From an uncultured Gammaproteobacteria bacterium (GTDB lineage: Bacteria; Patescibacteriota; Patescibacteriia; UBA2591; UBA6264): 6,259 nt of DNA. How positions within the stretch are numbered: the first letter of the stretch is position 1; every line of letters starts with the position of its first letter. A program made the position numbers and the translations under genes. This document shows positions 1-5,480 of this stretch, piece by piece. The notes below the pieces were generated by a model. That model was not told where the DNA came from, searched no databases, and saw only the letters and a program-made list of their open reading frames with translations. Location: NCBI GenBank assembly GCA_964617525.1, contig CAZTWG010000026.1:1055-7313 (forward strand). Reading direction: 5' to 3'.

Positions 1-96
1 TTGGTAGTTATCTGGCGCGGATTTCTACTTGGATTTGGTGCATTAGTTGGCGATATTGTAGGAAGCTTTATTAAAAGAAGACTGGGAAGAATTTGA
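1..96 (+). CDS. 3' end of a truncated CdsA/CarS-type (CTP-dependent cytidylyltransferase family) membrane-protein ORF; the 5' end lies outside the window
   Basis: Frame +1 is open from nt 1 to TGA at 94-96 and reads [31 protein letters not shown]. The stretch is hydrophobic. It carries G-D-x-x-G-S-F-I-K-R-R, which matches the start of the phosphatidate cytidylyltransferase signature (S-x-[LIVMF]-K-R...) and the GDxxGSFIKRR motif I recall from archaeal CDP-archaeol synthase (DUF46). The ORF stops 5 codons after K-R, before the K-D...H-G-G-x-D-R-x-D half of the signature, so it looks truncated. The match is short and based only on a motif. Confidence 0.35.
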   Translation: MVVIWRGFLLGFGALVGDIVGSFIKRRLGRI

Positions 97-100
97 TAAG

Positions 101-370
101 TTGCGCGAAGACTGGGGGTCAATTAAACCAGTTCTCCCTATTGCTTCTGGAGGCCTCCACCCAGGTTTAGTCCCAAAATTAGTTGAAATATTAGGAAAAA
201 ATTTAGTCATTAACTTTGGCGGAGGACTGCACGGTCATCCACAGGGAAGTGTAGCTGGGGCTAAGGCAGCGACACAATCAGTTGAAGCAGTTGTTAAAGG
301 TATACCAATTAAGGTTTATGCCCGTAATCATAAAGAACTAAAAGTAGCATTGGAATACTGGAAATCCTAA
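101..370 (+). CDS. rbcL: RuBisCO large-subunit C-terminal fragment (form III or II/III-like); probably a gene remnant rather than a functional carboxylase
   Basis: The translation is EDWGSIKPVLPIASGGLHPGLVPKLVEILGKNLVINFGGGLHGHPQGSVAGAKAATQSVEAVVKGIPIKVYARNHKELKVALEYWKS. It aligns by eye at about half identity with the last ~85 residues of Thermococcus kodakarensis form III RbcL, as recalled from memory (SIKAAFPTSSGGLHPG...LQLGGGTLGHPDGPAAGARAVRQAIDAIMQGIPLDEYAKTHKELARALEKW). The SGG(L/I)H and GGGxxGHP motifs are intact. The same frame stays open back to nt 62 but is closed by TAG at 59-61, 44-46 and 5-7. The TTG at 101 is only the ORF-finder's start. Confidence 0.8.
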   Translation: MREDWGSIKPVLPIASGGLHPGLVPKLVEILGKNLVINFGGGLHGHPQGSVAGAKAATQSVEAVVKGIPIKVYARNHKELKVALEYWKS

Positions 371-392
371 AAATTTCTAACAATACGCAAAT

Positions 393-427
393 AAAAAGGT
401 TTGGAGACAATGTCTCAAAACCTTTTT
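393..427. terminator. Bidirectional rho-independent terminator between convergent genes
   Basis: Near-perfect inverted repeat AAAAAGGTTTgGAGACA-a-TGTCTCaAAACCTTTTT. The G/C-containing core stem (398-409 pairing with 411-422) is flanked by A5 on the left and T5 on the right, so either strand's transcript ends in a hairpin followed by a U-tract. It sits 23 nt after the TAA at 368-370 and 18 nt after the minus-strand TAA at 446-448. Confidence 0.75.
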
Positions 428-445
428 GCAATCTAATATTTTTTG

Positions 446-1789
446 TTAAATTTTGATTATTTCTCCCGGAGAATGTAAATTTAATACATCCTCCCTAACA
501 TTGATAATGGCATTCCATTGATATCCCATAGCTTCAAACGTTTCAGCAGAAAAAATAGGACAATATTTTCCATGACTAATAACATACACACTAGGGGAGT
601 TAGGAGTTTTTAAAAGTGTCCCATCTCTAAATTTAATTTGCGGGCCAGTTTCAAATTTTGATAACTCTAAAGCACTTACTTTAACAATATTGTTATAAGG
701 AAAATTATTATCTAAAATTGTTGCATCCACAATTGGTTGCTTTATGTTACCCTTAACATAATAGACACTTTTAGAATCCTCGTCTTGCAACAAGGCGCCA
801 GTTGGATAAGGGGAGCTAATTCTTTCTCCATTTTGGTAAAAGGAAATATCATTTTCTTCTACCTCAACAATTTCTTCAGGATTAAATCCAATGGCTCTAA
901 ACATTTTATAAGAAATGGGCCTTTTTTCTTTATTGGCTAACATAAATATTTCTCCCCCTAGGCTAACCAAAGAATAGTTAGGGAAGCCAACTACTTCTCC
1001 GACCTCATAATCTTTTAATTCATTTTGGCTAACTATTTTTACATCCTCGAATTGATGATTCATCAAAAAAACAGTTGCTGAATGGAACGGACGGCGTTTA
1101 TTGTTTTGAATTAACCAGACTCCTGCTTCGTTTTTTAGTCTAACCAAAGAACCTTCTTCTATGCTTCCTCCCGCCAGAGCAAACCAATCTTGCCATAATT
1201 GACGAAAAAGTTTATTACCATGGATATGTGGAGTATAATTATACAAAGCTGCGGTAGCTGAATTTTGTGGAATTACCTTTTGCCAGTCAACTCTATAAGT
1301 TTGGCCAGAACGAAAAGTAAATTCCCAAGGATGCTCTAAGAAATAGTTTAAACGCCAAGCAGCTCTATCTATTTGCGCAGCAAAACCCCTAAAACGTTTA
1401 ACAGGTCCTCTGTGGTCATAGCATGCAAAGCCAGTAGCCCAATTATATTCATCATTGGTAGGATTTTTTTTGGTAATAAGGCCTTTCTCTTTTTGCAAAA
1501 GAATAATAAGCACTTGTGGGTTTATCTTATAATCTTGAGAGGCTCTATAAATAATTTCAGAAGCTAATTTTTTATGACCATCAATATCAATTGTTGAATA
1601 ATCCTTTAAAGCTCCTCCAATCGTTTCTAGAAATTTTTGTATTTCTCCTTGACCCATTGTTTGGAAATCTGTTAGTTCTGAATCAGAAATGATATAATCT
1701 GGGTCAAAAGAATAAGCCCTAGTTCTTAGGGGTATTAAAAAAGTAAAAATAAGTATAATAAATAATATATAATTTAATGATTTTGACAT
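446..1789 (-). CDS. Secreted or cell-surface protein: N-terminal signal peptide, a possible lysozyme-like cell-wall-hydrolase-type domain, and four tandem ~58-aa repeats; function unknown
   Basis: Intact 447-codon ORF running from ATG to TAA. The N-terminus MSKSLNYILFIILIFTFLIPLRTRA/YSF has the form of a signal peptide. Residues ~30-205 (ISDSELTDF..M...EIQKFLE..GG.L..Y......G....ASEIIY.AS..Y.INPQVLI.LLQKEKGLI....PT...Y.WA.GF.C......RF.GF..QID.AA) resemble a widespread, poorly annotated domain that I recall from secreted proteins of Firmicutes and CPR bacteria. Its conserved LQKE(x)(S/G)L glutamate is reminiscent of lytic-transglycosylase/lysozyme-like folds. That assignment is tentative. Confidence 0.85.
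   Translation of the reverse strand: MSKSLNYILFIILIFTFLIPLRTRAYSFDPDYIISDSELTDFQTMGQGEIQKFLETIGGALKDYSTIDIDGHKKLASEIIYRASQDYKINPQVLIILLQKEKGLITKKNPTNDEYNWATGFACYDHRGPVKRFRGFAAQIDRAAWRLNYFLEHPWEFTFRSGQTYRVDWQKVIPQNSATAALYNYTPHIHGNKLFRQLWQDWFALAGGSIEEGSLVRLKNEAGVWLIQNNKRRPFHSATVFLMNHQFEDVKIVSQNELKDYEVGEVVGFPNYSLVSLGGEIFMLANKEKRPISYKMFRAIGFNPEEIVEVEENDISFYQNGERISSPYPTGALLQDEDSKSVYYVKGNIKQPIVDATILDNNFPYNNIVKVSALELSKFETGPQIKFRDGTLLKTPNSPSVYVISHGKYCPIFSAETFEAMGYQWNAIINVREDVLNLHSPGEIIKI
455..1153 (-). repeat. Four tandem protein-level repeats (~55-58 codons each) in the C-terminal half of the 447-aa protein
   Basis: Residues 213-268, 272-325, 331-386 and 390-445 share the pattern G-x-L-(V/L)-x6-7-(V/I)-(W/F/Y)-x-(I/L/V)-x4-(K/R)-x-P-(I/F)-x5-F-x4-(F/Y)-x4-(I/V)-x2-V-x4-L-x2-(Y/F/H)-x2-G-x2-I. 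Examples: GSLVRLKNEAGVWLIQNNKRRPFHS, YSLVSLGGEIFMLANKEKRPISY, GALLQDEDSKSVYYVKGNIKQPIVD, GTLLKTPNSPSVYVISHGKYCPIFS. The repeats are too divergent to be seen at the DNA level. Confidence 0.6.
1715..1789 (-). other. Signal peptide or N-terminal membrane anchor of the 447-aa protein
   Basis: Residues 1-25 have a short polar N-terminus with one lysine (MSKS), a 15-residue hydrophobic core (YILFIILIFTFLIPL), then R-T-R-A followed by YSF, a plausible signal peptidase I site. This was predicted by eye only. Confidence 0.55.
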
Positions 1790-1795
1790 AATAAA

Positions 1796-1816
1796 ATTGT
1801 TGATTGTTAATTGTTA
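1796..1816. repeat. Three tandem heptads ATTGTTR (minus-strand reading YAACAAT x3) immediately upstream of the 447-aa gene start
   Basis: ATTGTTG ATTGTTA ATTGTTA occupies 1796-1816, which is -7 to -27 relative to the minus-strand ATG at 1789. An inverted copy AACAAT lies at 1844-1849 and a near copy AGCAAT at 1851-1856. The repeat itself is seen directly. Its function is unknown. Confidence 0.5.
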
Positions 1817-1876
1817 AATAGAAGCATCCTTGTCCTATTTTAAAACAATCAGCAATTAGTAATTAACTATTAACTT

Positions 1877-4492
1877 TTATTTTACTACTATTTTATCGTT
1901 TTCCGCATCAACCTTAAAGGTTTTTGAATCATGAACCTCTTCAGTCACAATTCTTAAAGCTAATGGGTCAAGAATTTGTTTTTGGATAATTCTTTTTAAT
2001 GGTCTTGCTCCATAGATTGGATCAAATCCTAGAGAAGCTAACAGAGTCTTAGCCTTTCCCGAAACATATAATTTAATGTTTTTCGCTTTTAATCTTTCTA
2101 TAATTAATTTCAGTTGAAGGTCTACAATTTGTCTAATTACTTTTTTGCTTAAAACCTGAAAGATAATAATTTCGTCAATACGATTTAAAAATTCTGGTTT
2201 AAACGTTTCTCGTAAAGATTTTTGAATTTGAGACTTAATTATAGTTTGAGAGCTATTTTTTTCTTTTTGAGAAACAAAACCAAAGTTCATCTTTTTTGCA
2301 TAGTCTCTGATTAAGTCGCTTCCCAAGTTAGATGTCATAATAATAACTGTATTTTTGAAATTAATTTTTCTTCCCTTAGAGTCAGTTAATCTACCTTCAT
2401 CTAAAATTTGCAGCAAAATATTAAAAATTTGTGGATGAGCTTTCTCAATTTCATCTAAAAGTATCACGCTATAAGGTCTTCGTCTTATGATTTCAGTTAA
2501 TTGACCTCCTTCTTCATATCCAATATATCCAGGGGGAGAACCAATAATTTTAGAAACAGTATGTCTTTCCATATATTCGGACATATCTAATTTAATAAGA
2601 GCATTTTCTGTATTAAACAAAAACTCTGCTAGACTTTTGGCTAGCTCTGTCTTACCAACACCACTGGGTCCCAAGAAAATAAAAGAACCAATAGGTTTGT
2701 TTTCCTCAGCAATTCCAGCTCGTGACCTACGAATTGCGTTTGCTACGGCTGAGACCGCTTCTTCTTGGTCAACAAATTTTTTATGAATTTCTTTTTCCAT
2801 TTTGGCTAATTTTTTCGTTTCTTTTTCTAACATTTTAACCACTGGTATTCCCGTCCAAAGAGAGACTACCTTGGCTATTTCTTTTTCTCCAATTTCTTCT
2901 TTTAAAATACGTGATTCTTTTTGGATTTTAGCTAATTTTTGTTGGTAATTGCTGATCTGTTTTTCCATAATTGGAATCTTGCCATATTTTATCTCTGCTA
3001 CTTTTTGTAATTTGGCTTCACGCTCGGCAATTTCAGCCTGTTGTTTCAATCTATCAATTTCTTCTTTAGCTTTATGGATACCAGTGATGATATCTTTTTC
3101 TGTTTTCCAACGAATTTCAAATTCTTTAATTTTTTCTTTAAGATTAGCAACTTGTTTTTTTAAAACCGTCAATTTACTTTTACTCTCTTTGTCTTTTTTA
3201 AGAATGGTCATTTCAATTTTTAGTTGACGTAATTTTCTTTTTGCTTTGTCTAATTCTTCTGGCTGACTTTCTATTTCTAAACGCAAGGCTGACGCTGCTT
3301 CATCCATGAGATCAACTGCTTTATCTGGCAAAAATCTATCAGTAATATATCGTTGAGAAAGTTGAGCCGCAGCAATCAAAGCATTGTCAGAAATTCTTAT
3401 ACCATGATGTATTTCATATTTCTCTTTTATTCCCCTTAAAATAGCAATAGTGTCTTCTGTAGAGGGTTCACTGACATAAATTGTTTGAAAACGACGCTCT
3501 AATGCAGCATCTCTTTCAATGTATTTTTGATATTCTTTAATTGTAGTGGCACCAATACAACGTAATTCTCCTCTAGCTAGGGCAGGCTTAAGCATATTAG
3601 AGGCGTCAACTGAACCCTCAGATCCTCCTGCTCCCACCAAAGTATGTAATTCGTCAATAAAAAGAATGTAATGAGCATTTTTCTTAACTTCTTTTAGAAC
3701 CGCTTTGAGACGATTTTCAAATTCTCCTCTAAATTTGGCTCCAGCTATTAAACTTCCCAAGTCTAAGGAGATCAATTCTTTTCCCTTTAAAGACTCTGGG
3801 ATATCATTAGAAATGATTCTTTGAGCTAAACCCTCTACAATGGCAGTTTTACCAACGCCTGCTTCTCCGATAAGAACAGGGTTATTTTTGGTGCGTCTAC
3901 TTAAAATTTGGATAACCCTTCTGATCTCGTCATCTCTGCCAATAATTGGGTCTAATTTTTCTTCTTGAGCCATTTTGGTAAGATTGAGTGTATATTTTTC
4001 AAGCACTCCATATCTATTTTCTGTTTCTGAATTAGTTATTTTTTCATGCCTACGGACATCCGTCAATGCGCTAAGGACTTCTTCATATCTTACTTTTGAC
4101 TCTAAAAAAATATCTCTAACTGAAGATGATATTGACAAAATAGCTAAAAATAAATGTTCGGTACTAACATATTCATCGTTTAGTCGTCGAGCTTCTTTAT
4201 TGGCTTTAATTATTGTTTTTTGAAACAATTGAGTAACATAAAGGTCTGCCAATCCTCCATCTACTTCTTCGGGTTTAATTTTGGGTAAAGATTTAATGGT
4301 TTTGGTAATTCTTTCTTTCAGTTTTTCAATGTTAGTGTCTATTTTTTTTAAGATTGCCAAAACAACACCATCTTCTTGCTCGATTAAAGCTAAAGCTAAG
4401 TGAACAGCATCTACTTGCTGCTGATTATTTTCCATAGCAATGCTATGGGCTGACTGGATAGCTTCCTGAGCTTTACTAGTAAATCTATTCAT
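1877..4492 (-). CDS. clpB: ATP-dependent chaperone/disaggregase ClpB (two AAA+ modules plus a coiled-coil middle domain)
   Basis: The 871-aa ORF is collinear with E. coli ClpB along its full length, compared from memory. Walker A1 GEAGVGKT is at nt 3845-3868 and Walker B1 is ILFIDELH. There is a long Lys/Glu-rich coiled-coil M-domain ([17 protein letters not shown]...KYGKIP). Walker A2 GPSGVGKT is at nt 2648-2671 and Walker B2 is [11 protein letters not shown]. The C-terminal motifs NRIDE and YGARPLKR are present. The M-domain distinguishes it from ClpA and ClpX. Confidence 0.95.
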   Translation of the reverse strand: MNRFTSKAQEAIQSAHSIAMENNQQQVDAVHLALALIEQEDGVVLAILKKIDTNIEKLKERITKTIKSLPKIKPEEVDGGLADLYVTQLFQKTIIKANKEARRLNDEYVSTEHLFLAILSISSSVRDIFLESKVRYEEVLSALTDVRRHEKITNSETENRYGVLEKYTLNLTKMAQEEKLDPIIGRDDEIRRVIQILSRRTKNNPVLIGEAGVGKTAIVEGLAQRIISNDIPESLKGKELISLDLGSLIAGAKFRGEFENRLKAVLKEVKKNAHYILFIDELHTLVGAGGSEGSVDASNMLKPALARGELRCIGATTIKEYQKYIERDAALERRFQTIYVSEPSTEDTIAILRGIKEKYEIHHGIRISDNALIAAAQLSQRYITDRFLPDKAVDLMDEAASALRLEIESQPEELDKAKRKLRQLKIEMTILKKDKESKSKLTVLKKQVANLKEKIKEFEIRWKTEKDIITGIHKAKEEIDRLKQQAEIAEREAKLQKVAEIKYGKIPIMEKQISNYQQKLAKIQKESRILKEEIGEKEIAKVVSLWTGIPVVKMLEKETKKLAKMEKEIHKKFVDQEEAVSAVANAIRRSRAGIAEENKPIGSFIFLGPSGVGKTELAKSLAEFLFNTENALIKLDMSEYMERHTVSKIIGSPPGYIGYEEGGQLTEIIRRRPYSVILLDEIEKAHPQIFNILLQILDEGRLTDSKGRKINFKNTVIIMTSNLGSDLIRDYAKKMNFGFVSQKEKNSSQTIIKSQIQKSLRETFKPEFLNRIDEIIIFQVLSKKVIRQIVDLQLKLIIERLKAKNIKLYVSGKAKTLLASLGFDPIYGARPLKRIIQKQILDPLALRIVTEEVHDSKTFKVDAENDKIVVK

Positions 4493-4497
4493 ATTTA

Positions 4498-5382
4498 TTA
4501 TTTATCTATTTTTAAATTACCACTATAAACATATTTCAAGCCTTCTTGCCTATAAATATTAATAGCTTGTTCTATAAGTTTAGTCGGAGTGGGGGGCACA
4601 TCAAGCATTCTATAGCATGGGAAAAATTTAGAAATATGACAAGGAATGTCTGGGCCTAATTCTTTTTTTACAAATTTAGCTATTTTTCTGAATTGACCTT
4701 TTGTGTCAGTGTATCCAGGGATAATCAGGGTGGTGATTTCTAACCAAATTTTTGTTTTCTTTATTAACTTTAAAGTATCAAGTACTGGTTGTAATCTTGC
4801 CTTACAAACTTTTTGATACAAGTCATTGTCAAAAAATTTTAAATCAATGTTAATCGCATCTAAATATGGTTCAATTACTTTTAAAGTTTCCTTCGTGAAA
4901 TAACCATTACTAACCCAAACATTTTTTAAACCTACCGTTTTAGCTAATTTCATTGTTTCTAAAGCATATCCAAGAAAAATGGTTGGTTCAGTGTAGGTAT
5001 AAGCAATGCTAGAAACCTTGGATTTAATGGCTAATTTGACAATTTCTTCTGGATATATTTCATCACCTATAATTTCATTATTTTCTTTTGGGTCTTGAGA
5101 AATTTCCCAATTTTGACAATGAGTGCAGGAAAAATTACAACCAACCGTTGCTATTGACAATGCATAAGTACCTGGCAAAAAACGAGAAAATGGTTTTTTC
5201 TCAATTGGGTCTACCTGGCAAGCAATAATTTTATTATCGGTTAAATTGAATAATTTACCATTTTGATTTTGACGAGTATGACAAATTCCTCGTTGGCCAT
5301 TGTCAATAATACAACGATGAGCGCAAGCTTGACATTGCACCGTTTTATTTCTTAACTTCTTATAAAGAATGGCCTCCCTCAT
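4498..5382 (-). CDS. amrS: Radical SAM enzyme of the AmmeMemoRadiSam-system type (AmrS; pyruvate formate-lyase-activase-like)
   Basis: 294-aa ORF. The canonical CX3CX2C cluster CNFSCTHC lies at nt 5116-5139 within SIATVGCNFSCTHCQNWEISQ. The N-terminus MREAILYKKL...VQCQACAHRCIIDNGQRGIC carries the extra Cys motif, followed by DPIEKKPF. The C-terminus reads HISKFFPCYRM.D.PPTP...L..A..I....GLKYVYSGN. All of this fits the family pattern as I recall it. The subfamily call is less certain than the radical SAM call. Confidence 0.85.
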   Translation of the reverse strand: MREAILYKKLRNKTVQCQACAHRCIIDNGQRGICHTRQNQNGKLFNLTDNKIIACQVDPIEKKPFSRFLPGTYALSIATVGCNFSCTHCQNWEISQDPKENNEIIGDEIYPEEIVKLAIKSKVSSIAYTYTEPTIFLGYALETMKLAKTVGLKNVWVSNGYFTKETLKVIEPYLDAINIDLKFFDNDLYQKVCKARLQPVLDTLKLIKKTKIWLEITTLIIPGYTDTKGQFRKIAKFVKKELGPDIPCHISKFFPCYRMLDVPPTPTKLIEQAINIYRQEGLKYVYSGNLKIDK

Positions 5383-5409
5383 ATAAAATAATTTTAAAAC
5401 CTATTATTT

Positions 5410-5438
5410 ATTTTAATAGAAAATCACAAAGTTGTCAA
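5410..5438 (-). promoter_or_regulatory. Near-consensus sigma70-type promoter for the amrS-clpB(-447 aa gene) unit
   Basis: Reading the minus strand: TTGACA (5438-5433, a perfect -35), a 17-nt spacer actttgtgattttctat, then TAAAAT (5415-5410, 5/6 match to the -10). The predicted transcription start is near 5403, giving a leader of ~21 nt before the ATG at 5382. Background AT-richness raises the false-positive rate for the -10 but not for the TTGACA. Confidence 0.55.
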
Positions 5439-5465
5439 AAGCATATTTTGTTTATGCGCAAAAAA

Positions 5466-5474
5466 TGGTATAGT
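5466..5474 (+). promoter_or_regulatory. Extended -10 element (TGnTATAGT) for the glycosyltransferase gene; implies a leaderless or near-leaderless mRNA
   Basis: TGgTATAGT lies at 5466-5474, and its last base is 6 nt before the ATG at 5481-5483. The usual spacing therefore places the transcription start on the A of the start codon. No Shine-Dalgarno sequence lies between them. The only -35-like element is weak: TTGTTT at 5448-5453 with a 15-nt spacer. Confidence 0.4.
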
Positions 5475-5480
5475 AAAAGT

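Noticed and set aside
1-61. All three stops closing the RuBisCO frame (+2) upstream of nt 62 are TAG, and read-through would give W?[12 protein letters not shown]?LAIL?[13 protein letters not shown] faintly recalls the R-L-S-G-x-D motif of RuBisCO. This raised the idea of TAG reassignment or suppression.
   Set aside because: Even with read-through the region is ~13 residues too short and lacks the essential H-x-G-T-x-x-G-K-x-E-G loop-6 motif. Frame +1 over the same bases carries a much stronger, specific motif ([11 protein letters not shown]). Every other gene in the window is full-length under the standard code and ends in TAA, so nothing here calls for recoding. The TAGs are most simply by-products of GTA-G and TTA-G codon junctions in frame +1.
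737-940. 67-aa ORF on the + strand from the ORF track.
   Set aside because: It lies entirely antisense to the 447-aa gene. The sequence is low-complexity and Phe/Ile/Asn-rich, with no motif, promoter or RBS. This is a typical shadow ORF in AT-rich DNA.
1454-1461. T8/A8 homopolymer inside the coding sequence of the 447-aa gene, with a similar T8 at 4342-4349 in clpB, as possible slipped-strand phase-variation tracts.
   Set aside because: Runs of 8 A/T encoding Lys-Lys-Asn or similar are expected at this base composition. Both genes are in frame, and there is no evidence of variability from a single sequence.
1373-1567. 64-aa ORF on the + strand from the ORF track.
   Set aside because: It lies antisense to the conserved N-terminal domain of the 447-aa gene and has no recognisable features, so it is a shadow ORF.
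1821-1841. A mini-ORF on the minus strand (ATG CTT CTA TTT AAC AAT TAA, 6 codons) preceded by AAGG in the clpB / 447-aa-gene spacer.
   Set aside because: The SD-like bases directly abut the ATG with no spacing, the peptide is trivially short, and nothing else suggests a leader-peptide mechanism.
1811-1848. An imperfect hairpin (TTGTTAAATAG ... CTATTT[taa]AACAA, 13-nt loop) downstream of clpB that could be its terminator.
   Set aside because: The stem is almost entirely A/T, contains a 3-nt bulge, and is not followed by a clean U-tract on the minus strand. It is not convincing as an intrinsic terminator, so clpB probably reads through into the 447-aa gene. It is kept only as context for the heptad-repeat finding.
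2949-3227. 92-aa ORF on the + strand from the ORF track.
   Set aside because: It lies antisense to the Lys/Glu-rich coiled-coil region of clpB. The complement of AAR/GAR codons yields Phe/Leu/Ser-rich pseudo-hydrophobic sequence, which is an artefact.
3975-4223. 82-aa ORF on the + strand from the ORF track.
   Set aside because: It lies antisense to the clpB N-domain/NBD1 linker and has no independent support.
5373-5379. A strong Shine-Dalgarno-like AGGGAGG on the minus strand immediately after the amrS ATG, which might indicate a downstream start.
   Set aside because: It simply encodes R-E-A of MREAILY. That N-terminus matches the family's N-terminus (M-x-E-A-x-x-Y/W), and no suitable start codon follows at SD spacing.
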